Positions 1 to 8,968 of a stretch of 64,000 bases of DNA are shown piece after piece. Both the position numbers and the translations under genes were made by a program. How positions within the stretch are numbered: position 1 is the first letter of the stretch; every line of letters begins with the position of its first letter. Source of the stretch: an uncultured bacterium (GTDB lineage: Bacteria; Chloroflexota; UBA5177; JANWHV01); contig CAVSOU010000010.1 in NCBI GenBank assembly GCA_963729625.1, positions 800,001 to 864,000 of the forward strand, read 5' to 3'. Under the pieces are notes generated by a model. It did no database searches. It saw only the letters and a list, made by a program, of their open reading frames with translations, and was not told the origin of the DNA.

Positions 1-1
1 T

Positions 2-81
2 ATGAATAATTTTTCTTAGTCAATTCCGCTCCGTATTCACTATACCCGAAGGCGCAGAGTTTGACTACGGTTATTAGTCAA
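2..81. promoter_or_regulatory. Two copies of palindromic operator TTGACTA-N7/8-TAGTCAA flanking a putative sigma70 promoter
   Basis: ATGAATA-N8-TAGTCAA at 2-23 and perfect TTGACTA-N7-TAGTCAA at 61-81; TAGTCA-N18-TATACC promoter-like spacing between them. Confidence 0.6.
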
Positions 82-90
82 ACAGCCAAT

Positions 91-620
91 GTGGAGGTCG
101 CGCTCCAGGCGGCTGCAGCGCGCGACGCGGCCGTCATCGCCGCACTGCACACCAGCAGCCGGTGTGGCACATATCGCGGCATCTTCTCCGATGTCTACCT
201 GGACCATGAGATACTTACCGAGCGTCAGCGCTATTGGCGGCGCCAGCTTCAGGCAGAGCCGCGTGCACAGCAGAGCGTCCTGATGGCCACAGACGGCAGC
301 ACGGGCGTCGGCTTCATCTGCGTCGTGCTAGACGCTGAGCCGTAACGGTGTCAATGCTCGACAATCTGCATATCCTGCCCTCCTACCAGGTTCGTGGGAT
401 AGGACGGCAACTGCTCGACACAGGTCGTGCCTGGGTGCAACGCCGGGCGGCGTACGACCCCTAGCACCTGTGGGTGGTGGAGGACAACCGAGCTGCGCGG
501 CGCGTCTAGGAGCATCTGGGTTACATACCGGCAGACCGCGCCATCCACCATGCCCCTGACGGCACTGAGTTTTCGTCATGGCGCTACGTACAGCGGATCC
601 AGGCGCCAGCGTCGAGTTGA
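91..620 (+). pseudogene. GNAT acetyltransferase, disrupted
   Basis: GNAT-like N-terminus (DAAVIAALH...TYRGI) stops at TAA 343-345; continues in another frame from 354 (LDNLHILPSYQVRGIGRQLL, LWVVEDNRAARR) with two internal TAG stops. Confidence 0.75.
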
Positions 621-846
621 GCATTCTGCTGTTTCAAGCTCCCAGCAAAAGCCCTGCACCCATCCCGTGCCACAGCGTGGCCGCCGGGTCGCCTGTCCCA
701 CCACTGGAAGGACCGCGCGCGCAAGCGCTGGAGGCATCAGCGCATCTTCATGCGTGAGGCCGTGTGTTGCGCAGCGAGTTCGGCGCATATCCCGACGTCA
801 GGTCCCGGTAATTACGACGTCGCACCCCATATCCAGCGGGCTATCG

Positions 847-1200
847 TTACTCCGTGCTACCAGCCACCTCGTCGAGAGATGCGGCAAGATAGACGATGCC
901 AACGCCACCTCGACGATCGACTGCCTCAGGCGGAAGGAAGCGCGGCTCAGACTGATTGCGTACGGCGGCAGCCGCCTTGCGGATCGGGACGCCGCTGAGC
1001 ACGCGGTGCGCCAGCAGGCGCACGTGGTCAACATCCTCCACTCGGTACAGGCGCCGGTTTCCCCGTACGGTACGCCGCCGCAGCGGAATGCCGTACCGCT
1101 TCTCCCAGTTTCTCAGGGTGGTTGCCGGTACGCCCGTGAGGCGCGCAGCGGTGCTGATCGGGAACACGATGGACTGAGCAGGCCGACCTTCTTGCTCCAC
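847..1200 (-). CDS. Short MerR-family HTH regulator without recognisable B12-binding domain
   Basis: ISTAARLTGVPATTLRNWEKRYG...GNRRLY motif of CarH/LitR/MlrA-like MerR HTH; GTG start at 1200 chosen. Confidence 0.8.
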   Translation of the reverse strand: MEQEGRPAQSIVFPISTAARLTGVPATTLRNWEKRYGIPLRRRTVRGNRRLYRVEDVDHVRLLAHRVLSGVPIRKAAAAVRNQSEPRFLPPEAVDRRGGVGIVYLAASLDEVAGSTE

Positions 1201-1266
1201 GTGCCTTGCCCTCTGCTCAGCACACAGTCGCAGATCCTCAGGAGGCCTGCGCACACCGCCTACTCC

Positions 1267-1296
1267 AGTATGAGATGACTAATATAGATTATTCAA
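1267..1296 (-). promoter_or_regulatory. Putative merR promoter overlapped by operator palindrome
   Basis: Minus strand TTGAAT-N18-CATACT; plus strand ATGACTA-N8-TATTCAA at 1275-1296. Confidence 0.55.
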
Positions 1297-1460
1297 GCAT
1301 GGGTGGTGCGCCTGCCTGGTCCGTCTCGCGACCGCCATGCACGAGAAGTCTGCAAGGCGCCGCCGCCCATCCCCGCCGCCCACCCTCTGCCGTCGCCGGA
1401 TCACCGGCGGCGTGGTTCAGCGGTCGCCGAACGACGGACGCACCGGGCTGCAAACTGGAC

Positions 1461-1540
1461 TTGAAGAAGAAATCTAGTCAAAACGTACACCGTGTGGTAT
1501 GGTGGTAGCGAGGGCGCTTTGACTAGTAAAACTTAGTCAC
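1461..1540 (+). promoter_or_regulatory. Putative promoter of the DUF4397 cluster with two operator palindromes
   Basis: TTGAAGA-N7-TAGTCAA 1461-1481; TAGTCA-N17-TATGGT with extended -10 TG; TTGACTA-N8-TAGTCAC 1519-1540. Confidence 0.6.
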
Positions 1541-1763
1541 GGTGTCTTGGGAGAGGTCAGGCGCCATGGTCGCGCAGAGCGCTCCTCGAGCGGTATGTGC
1601 CGAAGGGCACAGGGAGGGATGTGCAAGCCCGCTGAATAGTAGGTGCAGAATGTGTTCGGCTCGGTTACCGTTTACCACTTGCCGGCGAATCGCACCGGCG
1701 TCACCACCCAGATAGTCGCCTGAACGTTCACAGCCGGGACTTGCCGGCTCAAGAGGAGGATCG

Positions 1764-3059
1764 ATGACAGTCCTTGTTCACCGGCGGGTCTTCACCCGCC
1801 TGCTACCCCTGGTGTGTGCTCTCCTGGTGGCGATGCTCGCGCCGTCAGCATGGGGCCTCAACGCCAGTGCCGCAACTCCCCCGCCAACCGCGAACGTGCG
1901 CGTCGTGCATGCCTCGCTGGATGCTCCGGCCGTGGATGTGTATGTCGACGGGGCCAAAGCCTTCTCCAATCTTGCCTTCATGGCGGTCACGGACTACGCC
2001 TCGCTGCCGGCTGGCAGCCACCATGTGCAGGTCTTTGCCGCCGGTACCGGCCCGTCCGGCAAGGCGGTGATCGACGCCGCGGTGACGCTCAAGGCCGGCA
2101 CGGACTACACCGTCGCCGCTATCGGGCTGCTTGCGACGATCAAGCCTCTCGTGCTCGTCGACGACAACAGCCTGCCGCCACCCGGCGCCTCGCGCTTGCG
2201 TGCCGTTCACGCCTCCACGGACGCGCCGGCCGTGGATCTGGCCGTGACTGGTGGCCCCACTGTAATCAAGGGCCTGGCCTTCGGCTCAGCCAGTGACTTC
2301 CTGACCGTGAAGCCGGGCGCTCTTCCGCTCAATGTCCTGGCTGCCGGCACCAGTACGGTGGCCCTCGGCTTGCCCGACTTCCGCATCCACCCCGGCCGCA
2401 CGTTCACGGTGTTCGTGGTGGGCACGCTCAAGGGGGGCCTGCAGGTCATCGTGGCCAAGGATCGTGGGCCGCAGGCGCGCATACGCGTCGCGCATGCTTC
2501 GCCGGATGCCCCGGCCGTGGACGTCTACCTGGACGGCGCAGCGGCGATCACCAACCTCAGCTTCAAGACGGTGACCCCCTACCTGACGGTCCCCGCGGGC
2601 AGCCATCATGTCCAGGTCTTTGCCTCCGGCACCGGCCCGTCCGGCAAGGCAGTCATCGACACGACGGTCTTCCTGAAGAACGCCTGGGACTACACGGTCG
2701 TGGCCGCCAACAAGCTGGCCAATATCACCGCCTTCGTGCTGCATGACAACAACCCGCCACCGCCGAGCGGGAAAGCCGAAGTGCGTGTGGTGCATGCCTC
2801 GCCGGACACTCCGGCAGTGGATGTCGCGGTGACCGGCGGCGCGGTGCTGAGCTCAGGGCTGCAGCCCAACGCGGCCAGCGACTACCTCACGGTTCCTGCC
2901 GGCACCTACAATCTGGAAGTGCGCGCGGCAGGCACGACCACCGCGGCACTGAAGCTGCCGGGCGTCACGCTCGCCGCCGGCAAGATCTACACGGTCTACG
3001 CTGAAGGGCTGCTTTCGGGCATGCCCGCGCTCAGCACCATTACCTCGGTCGACAACTAG
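1764..3059 (+). CDS. Exported DUF4397 (AlgF-like) repeat protein, four units
   Basis: Signal peptide; four (V/L/I)RxxHASxD(A/T)PAVD repeats; RBS GAGGAGG. Confidence 0.85.
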   Translation: MTVLVHRRVFTRLLPLVCALLVAMLAPSAWGLNASAATPPPTANVRVVHASLDAPAVDVYVDGAKAFSNLAFMAVTDYASLPAGSHHVQVFAAGTGPSGKAVIDAAVTLKAGTDYTVAAIGLLATIKPLVLVDDNSLPPPGASRLRAVHASTDAPAVDLAVTGGPTVIKGLAFGSASDFLTVKPGALPLNVLAAGTSTVALGLPDFRIHPGRTFTVFVVGTLKGGLQVIVAKDRGPQARIRVAHASPDAPAVDVYLDGAAAITNLSFKTVTPYLTVPAGSHHVQVFASGTGPSGKAVIDTTVFLKNAWDYTVVAANKLANITAFVLHDNNPPPPSGKAEVRVVHASPDTPAVDVAVTGGAVLSSGLQPNAASDYLTVPAGTYNLEVRAAGTTTAALKLPGVTLAAGKIYTVYAEGLLSGMPALSTITSVDN

Positions 3060-3114
3060 CGCGCGTGCCTCGCAGATACGCTTTACCCGTTTAGCACCTA
3101 ACAGGGAGCAGTCA

Positions 3115-3834
3115 ATGTCAATGTTCACATCGCTCAAACACATGGGCGTGGCCATCGTCGTGGCGGGCGCCACGCTTGCGCCGCTCGCCGTCACCCATAC
3201 CGCACAGGCTGCCGGCACTGCGTACGTGCGTGTCCTCCACGCCAGCCCCGATGCCCCCGCCGTCGAGGTCTTCGTCGACGGGGCCAAGGCGGTAAAGAGC
3301 CTGTCGTTCCCCTATGTCACGCCGTTCCTCACCGTCCCTGCCGGCTCGCATCACCTGCAAGTATTCCCGGCCGGCGCGGCGTATAGCGCCAAGGGCGGGG
3401 TGATCAACGTCACCGTGCCCTTCACGGCCAACATCTACTACACCGTAGCAGCCGTCGGCCAGCTCAAGGCGATCAGCGCCAAGGTGTTCAGCCTCCCGGC
3501 AGGCATGAACAGCACCAAGGCCACGGTGCGCTTCATCCACCTTTCGCCCAACGCGCCGGCTGTGGACATCGAGGCCAAGGGGGCGGGGCTTATCTTCAAA
3601 GACGTCGCCTTCCCCAACCGCGCCATGGCTCCGGTCACCGTACCGACAGGCAGCTACACCTTGTTGGTCCACCCTGCCGGTGCAGACAGCACCACCGTGT
3701 TGACGGTGAGTGGCATACAGCTCAAGGCCGACCATGACTACACCGTGGTTGCCATTGGGCTATTCAAGGGCACGGGCGCGCAGAAGCTCAGCGCGGTCGT
3801 ACTGGACGACGACCCGATGTCGAACGGCATGTAG
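3115..3834 (+). CDS. Exported DUF4397 protein, two units
   Basis: Signal peptide ending AQA; VRVLHASPDAPAV and VRFIHLSPNAPAVD repeats. Confidence 0.85.
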   Translation: MSMFTSLKHMGVAIVVAGATLAPLAVTHTAQAAGTAYVRVLHASPDAPAVEVFVDGAKAVKSLSFPYVTPFLTVPAGSHHLQVFPAGAAYSAKGGVINVTVPFTANIYYTVAAVGQLKAISAKVFSLPAGMNSTKATVRFIHLSPNAPAVDIEAKGAGLIFKDVAFPNRAMAPVTVPTGSYTLLVHPAGADSTTVLTVSGIQLKADHDYTVVAIGLFKGTGAQKLSAVVLDDDPMSNGM

Positions 3835-3848
3835 GGAGGAGTTAGCGA

Positions 3849-3883
3849 GCAGCCGTGCCGTTGCGAGTCTACGGCACGGCTGC
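3849..3883 (+). terminator. GC-rich hairpin after the DUF4397 genes
   Basis: 13-bp perfect stem GCAGCCGTGCCGT / ACGGCACGGCTGC; no U-tract. Confidence 0.5.
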
Positions 3884-4114
3884 CCTGGCAGTGTGGCAAG
3901 GCGAGAGTCGCAGAAGAATAAGCGAATCGTGACCAGGAAACGCCAACACAAGAACCCCGTAGAAGTTGGCAGCCGACGTCCCGTTCCGATTGAGAGCGCC
4001 GGCGGCGTGGCCGCTGCCCTGCGTGCGATCGGTCAGTCCAACTACATTGGTGACAGCAGAACGGGCACAGCGCCCGAGTTGCGTGCCTGTGCAATGACTG
4101 GACCTTGGTGATCT

Positions 4115-4612
4115 ATGACTATTTGGAGTGGCAGGGACCTTCGTGTGGCGCCCGACGCCGATTTGGATCCCGGCCGAGCGATAGCGGCCGGGATCGCGGC
4201 TGCAAGTGCCTATCTGCTGGTAATGTACGCGGACATGGCGATCACGCGGTCGGCCTCCGACGATCTGCTCATGCTTGGCCGGCCTTTCACCTCGGACCCA
4301 CGCCGAGCACGCCTCATCGGCCTGCCCTTGCACGTGGGATTCGGCGCCGCCGTCGGCCTTCTCTACGGCGGCTACGGGCATTGCCGGTTGCGCGGTCCCA
4401 ACTGGCTGCGCGGCGTCGCCATGATGGCCATCGAAAACACGGTACTCTGGCCCACGGCAATCATCGCCGACCGCATGCACCCGTCGATGGTGTCGGGGGA
4501 GCTGCCAAAACTGAACACGCCGCTGCCGTTCGCCCAGCAGCTAGTGCGGCATGCTGCCTTCGGCCTCGTGCTGGGCATCCTGTGTGGGAACGGCCGGCAC
4601 GTCTCAGGGTAG
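4115..4612 (+). CDS. Hypothetical membrane protein with about four hydrophobic segments and His residues in TM helices
   Basis: Hydrophobic segments; LHVGFG and RHAAFG motifs (DUF6789/DUF1440-like pattern). Confidence 0.65.
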   Translation: MTIWSGRDLRVAPDADLDPGRAIAAGIAAASAYLLVMYADMAITRSASDDLLMLGRPFTSDPRRARLIGLPLHVGFGAAVGLLYGGYGHCRLRGPNWLRGVAMMAIENTVLWPTAIIADRMHPSMVSGELPKLNTPLPFAQQLVRHAAFGLVLGILCGNGRHVSG

Positions 4613-4790
4613 GAGGTCGGCGCGGCGGACGCACGGCGGAAGTGCTTGCCTGCGCCGTTATCGCTCGTATCTTGACAGCTGCTCTGCGAAGGTTCAGTTT
4701 CGCTGGTTAGGCGCTATATTTTGGGCTGCGACCGGTCTTCCAACGCCAAGGCAACAGCCGCGTCAAGGGACAGAAACAGCAGCAGCTGTA

Positions 4791-4960
4791 GTGCGCAGTG
4801 CCTACGGCGCCAGGTCGGCCCTTAGCCTTCTGGATGGCAGAGTCACATACGTGAGCGACAGGAAGGGTATCATTCGTTACAGGTTCTCTTCCCTGATCCG
4901 CGTGCATCATCACGTCCAGGAAGCGCTGAAGGTCGTGCGCTCCCTGGAAGAGGCTGCAGA
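4791..4960 (+). pseudogene. C-terminal remnant of a BCP/PrxQ peroxiredoxin
   Basis: VRSAYGARSALSLLDGRVTYVSDRKGIIRYRFSSLIRVHHHVQEALKVV matches the BCP C-terminus; N-terminal peroxidatic Cys motif absent. Confidence 0.6.
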
Positions 4961-5484
4961 TGGGCTTCCCGACACTCACCGCGTTCAATCTGGCGGAACA
5001 ACGGGTCACACTGCCCGGGGACCTGAGCGGTGAGCGGAACTTGCTGCTCATCGCTTTCCAGAGATGGCAGCAAGAGGAGGTCGATACCTGGACCGGGCTG
5101 GCCGCGCAATTGGGCAGCGACCATCGAGGATTCCAATTCTATGAGCTGCCAACCCTCGAGCCGGGGAACCCGCTCTCTCGCTGGTTCATCAACCAGGGCA
5201 TGCGCTCGGGGATCAGAGACCTGGAGAGCCGCCGTCGCACGATCACGCTCTATCTTGACAAGAAGGCGTTTCGCCGTGCTCTAGACCTTCCGGACGAGAA
5301 GCAGATTCACGTGCTGCTGGTCGGCCGCGACGGGACGGTCTACTGGCGGGCCGCGGGGCGTCTCAACGAAGACAACGCACGGTCGCTGCGAGCAATGCTC
5401 GCCGAATGGGAGCGGGAGGAGTCGCTGCGCAGTATTGGCCGTCAGGTCGAGGAGCATGTCGATGAGCCGATGCACGATGGATGA
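4960..5484 (+). CDS. Thioredoxin-like fold protein, ATP10-like
   Basis: FPTLTAFNL..VTLP.DL..NLLLIAFQRWQQEEVDTW; GMRSGI; VLLVGRDGTVYWRAAG; no CxxC. Confidence 0.65.
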   Translation: MGFPTLTAFNLAEQRVTLPGDLSGERNLLLIAFQRWQQEEVDTWTGLAAQLGSDHRGFQFYELPTLEPGNPLSRWFINQGMRSGIRDLESRRRTITLYLDKKAFRRALDLPDEKQIHVLLVGRDGTVYWRAAGRLNEDNARSLRAMLAEWEREESLRSIGRQVEEHVDEPMHDG

Positions 5485-5724
5485 CGCGTTCAGCCCCCAG
5501 CTTGTAGATGTTGTCGGCGTCGCCGGCGATGCACAGGCATGCGAGGGATTGCTGATTCGGTGGATTGGCGGCATGCGCAGCACTCGTTCCTGCACAGCAA
5601 AGACATGTCAAGAATCGCGCAGGGCGAAAAGCCTCGGGCTGCCTCTGCCAGCAGATGGCCGGGCCTTGGCAACGTGCGTCGGCCCTGGGAGCAACGGTCC
5701 TTCCGACCGGTCAGGAGGACCGAC

Positions 5725-7203
5725 GTGGTAGATACCGCGGTAGTCCTGGTCACCGGCGCCACGGGATATATCGGTGGCCGCCTCGTCCCTCGCTTGCTGG
5801 CGGACGGCCATAGCGTGCGCGTCCTCGTGCGCGACCACGATCGCTTGCAGGGCCGTGCCTGGCGCAGGCGGGTGGAGGTTGCCCAGGGCGATGTGCTCGA
5901 CCCTACCACGCTGCCGCGGGCACTTGCTGGTGTGCATACCGCGTACTACCTGATCCACAGCATGCTGGGTGGCGAGGATTTCCATGTGCGAGACCTAGCC
6001 GCCGCACGCAACTTCGGACGTGCTGCCCGGGCCGCGGGGGTCCACCAGATCATCTATCTCGGTGGTCTAGGAGATCCCGATGCCGATCTCTCCGCGCACT
6101 TGCGCTCCCGCCAACAGGTTGGTGATGCCCTGCGAGAGAGCGAGGTCCTCATCACAGAGTTTCGAGCCGCCGTTATCGTCGGTTCTGAGAGCGTGTCGTT
6201 CCAGATGGTCCGCACCCTCACCGACCGACTGCCGATCATGATCTGTCCTCGCTGGGTGTTCAGCCGCGTGCAGCCCATCGCCATCGACGATGTGCTGCGC
6301 TACCTGACGGCCGCGCTGGACACGCCCGAGAGCGCCGGCCGCGTGCTCGAGATCGGCGGGTCTGACGTTCTGACGTACGGGGAGATGATGCTGGCCTACG
6401 CGCGTGTCCGTGGACTGCGCCGAGTGCTCATTGCCGTGCCGTTCTTGACCCCGCGTCTCTCCTCCTACTGGGTGCATTGGGTCACGCCGATTCCGGCCGC
6501 CATCGCGCGTCCGCTTATCGAGGGGCTGCGCAACGAAGTGATCGTGCGAGATGACAGCGCGCGCACCCTTTTCCCTCAGATCCAGCCCATGGGCTATCGC
6601 GCGGCCGTGAAGCTCGCCTGCGCTCAGACCGTGGCCGATGAGGTGGAGACAACCTGGAGCGATGCGCTGGCCTCCAGCCGGCGAGGCGAATCCCCCGCGA
6701 CGCTCAATACAGACGCCCGCATGTTCAGCGACCGCCGAGAGCTAGTTGTGCACGTGCCTCCCAGCCTCGTATGGCGGGAGTTCACGCGGCTTGGTGGTGC
6801 ACACGGTTGGCTCTACGCCAATCGACTGTGGCAACTGCGGGGCATGCTGGACCGCGCAGTGGGCGGCGTGGGCTTGCGCCGCGGCCGTCGCCATCCGGAC
6901 AAGGTCTACGTGGGCGATGCCATCGATTTCTGGCGCGTGGAGGCAATGGAACCGGACCACTTGCTCCGCCTGCGGGCGGAGATGAAGGTGCCAGGGAAGG
7001 CATGGCTGCAGTTCGAGGTCACGCCCCGCGGCAGAGAGGAGTCGGTGTTGAGGCAGACGGCCCTCTTCGCTCCAACGGGTCTGCCTGGACTGCTGTACTG
7101 GTACGTGCTGTATCCCATTCACGTGCGAATCTTCAGCGGCATGGCTCATGCGCTGGCGCGACGCGCCGAGGCAGCGGCACTGAGCCGACAAGCGGTTCTG
7201 TAG
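5725..7203 (+). CDS. Atypical SDR with C-terminal DUF2867 (YbjT-like)
   Basis: VLVTGATGYIGGRLV, AYYLIHSM, IDFWRVE, LRLRAEMKVPG; GTG start after AGGAGG. Confidence 0.9.
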   Translation: MVDTAVVLVTGATGYIGGRLVPRLLADGHSVRVLVRDHDRLQGRAWRRRVEVAQGDVLDPTTLPRALAGVHTAYYLIHSMLGGEDFHVRDLAAARNFGRAARAAGVHQIIYLGGLGDPDADLSAHLRSRQQVGDALRESEVLITEFRAAVIVGSESVSFQMVRTLTDRLPIMICPRWVFSRVQPIAIDDVLRYLTAALDTPESAGRVLEIGGSDVLTYGEMMLAYARVRGLRRVLIAVPFLTPRLSSYWVHWVTPIPAAIARPLIEGLRNEVIVRDDSARTLFPQIQPMGYRAAVKLACAQTVADEVETTWSDALASSRRGESPATLNTDARMFSDRRELVVHVPPSLVWREFTRLGGAHGWLYANRLWQLRGMLDRAVGGVGLRRGRRHPDKVYVGDAIDFWRVEAMEPDHLLRLRAEMKVPGKAWLQFEVTPRGREESVLRQTALFAPTGLPGLLYWYVLYPIHVRIFSGMAHALARRAEAAALSRQAVL

Positions 7204-7314
7204 TAACCGCCCCCGTGGCGCCGCGGGGATTTGGGCGCACGTGCCTGGAGGACTTGAGCCCCGCTCCCCCTTTGGACACAGGGTCCGGTTACCGTGCTTT
7301 TGGGAGGACTGCCC

Positions 7315-8382
7315 GTGCGCATCGCGATAGTGGGGGCTGGGGTCTCTGGGCTGGTCTGCGGACGAACGCTCGCGTCTCAGGGACATCACGTGGTGGTCTT
7401 CGAGAAGAGACGTGGCGTTGGCGGGCGAGCCACGACCCGCCTACTGCACGGCTGCGTGGTCGATCACGGTGCGCAGTATCTGCGCCTGCCCGACGATCTG
7501 CCCGACCTGCGCCGCTTAGTGCTGCGAGACCTGTCCCGCGAGGGGCTCACCACCATCGATCGTCCGGTCTGGCCCTTCGATCGGCGGAACAACATTCGAC
7601 CGGCAGACACACGGCACAATGCCGAGCCCAAGTGGACCTATGCCGGTGGCCTACGCATGCTTGGCTGCGCCCTTGCCACGGGGCTGGACGTACGGCTGGG
7701 CACGCACGTGAGCCGCGTCTATCGCGTGCCCGGGGGCTATCGTCTGCTGGATCAGGCTGGCGCGGTGCTTGGTGAAGCGGAACGGGTGCTCGTGGCGATC
7801 CCTGCGCCTCAGGCAATTGACCTGCTGCAGGGCAGGCCGGGACGCACGGACCGGGTTGATGCCGCGCTCGCGCTCCTCGGGACCGCGACGTACTGGCCGA
7901 TGCTCACCTTCATACTCGGCTATCGCCGGCCGCGGGACGGCACGATCTTCGCCGGCGGAACGGCGCCTGACCCACGTCCGTATTATGCGCTCGTCAACGC
8001 CGATGGCGATCACGATCTCTCATGGCTGGCAGTCGAGAACGACAAGGGTCGCACGCGGACGCCGGACGATGTGCTGGTGCTGGTCGTGCAGATAGCTGTG
8101 CCGTTCAGTGAGCGGCACCTCGACGTACCGGCCGCCCACCTGTTGGCTAGCATGCACGGCAAGGTGCGCGCCCTCCTCGGAGTCAACCTTGGTGAGCCGC
8201 TCTGGTTCGATTTCGCGCGGTGGCGCCATGCTCGGCCCAGCCGCCTGCTTGACCTGGGGGAGCTGAACACCGCACATGACGGACTGTGCTTTGTGGGCGA
8301 CTATGCAGCGGGCTGGCGCCTGCATCTGGCACTGCAAGCCGGGCTCAATGTAGCGCCGCTCGTTGTCGGCCACCCCACCTGA
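7315..8382 (+). CDS. Renalase-like NAD(P)/FAD-dependent oxidoreductase (COG3380 type)
   Basis: IAIVGAGVSGL, FEKRRGVGGRATTR, DHGAQY, RWRHARP, GD near C-terminus. Confidence 0.85.
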   Translation: MRIAIVGAGVSGLVCGRTLASQGHHVVVFEKRRGVGGRATTRLLHGCVVDHGAQYLRLPDDLPDLRRLVLRDLSREGLTTIDRPVWPFDRRNNIRPADTRHNAEPKWTYAGGLRMLGCALATGLDVRLGTHVSRVYRVPGGYRLLDQAGAVLGEAERVLVAIPAPQAIDLLQGRPGRTDRVDAALALLGTATYWPMLTFILGYRRPRDGTIFAGGTAPDPRPYYALVNADGDHDLSWLAVENDKGRTRTPDDVLVLVVQIAVPFSERHLDVPAAHLLASMHGKVRALLGVNLGEPLWFDFARWRHARPSRLLDLGELNTAHDGLCFVGDYAAGWRLHLALQAGLNVAPLVVGHPT

Positions 8383-8499
8383 AGCAGATTCCCCGCAGTG
8401 GGCGTCCGCTCGCGAGGAACTTCTGCTGCCAATCTACTCTCTCCCTGCCGGCAGGGTGCGAGCGGCAGCTTCCCCGCTGGACATGGCGCCCTCAATGCT

Positions 8500-8890
8500 G
8501 CTACACGCAGTGATCTCGGAGGCCAGGAAAGTGCTGCGCAGCGCCGTGCGGTTGGCGGGAGCTTGCCACCACCACGGCCTCTGCGGCCACTTACTCACCG
8601 CCGTTCAGGCGCACGCCGAGCGCCCGATCGCCTTGGCGCAGCACGGCCTTCACAGTGGTACCTCAGCGAAGGGCTCCTTCTGGCAACGCTGCGGCCAGCT
8701 GCTCGGAAATGGCTTGCATGCCGGCGGCGGGCACCACGGTGCGGCCTTCGGTCAGCATCTTCACGGAGAATCGGCCCATTGCCGAGCTGGTCTCCAGCGT
8801 GGAGTCCAGAAAGATACCGCCGAAGAGCGGACGCAGAAAGCGCTCTACGAAGCGCGGCGAATAGTGGCGCTGTTGCACATACACCAGGCC
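8500..8890 (-). pseudogene. Internal remnant of a flavin amine-oxidase/protoporphyrinogen-oxidase-like gene (ends approximate)
   Basis: YSPRFVERFLRPLFGGIFLDSTLETSS...VPAAGMQAISEQLAAALP, then in-frame TGA and TAA stops before AEAVVVA; no N-terminal FAD motif. Confidence 0.7.
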
Positions 8891-8968
8891 GGCCCGACCG
8901 GCGGATGATCGTCGGGCACGTTGGCACCCGACGAGCAGTCGATCCAATACGCCCGTGCTGACGCGGCT

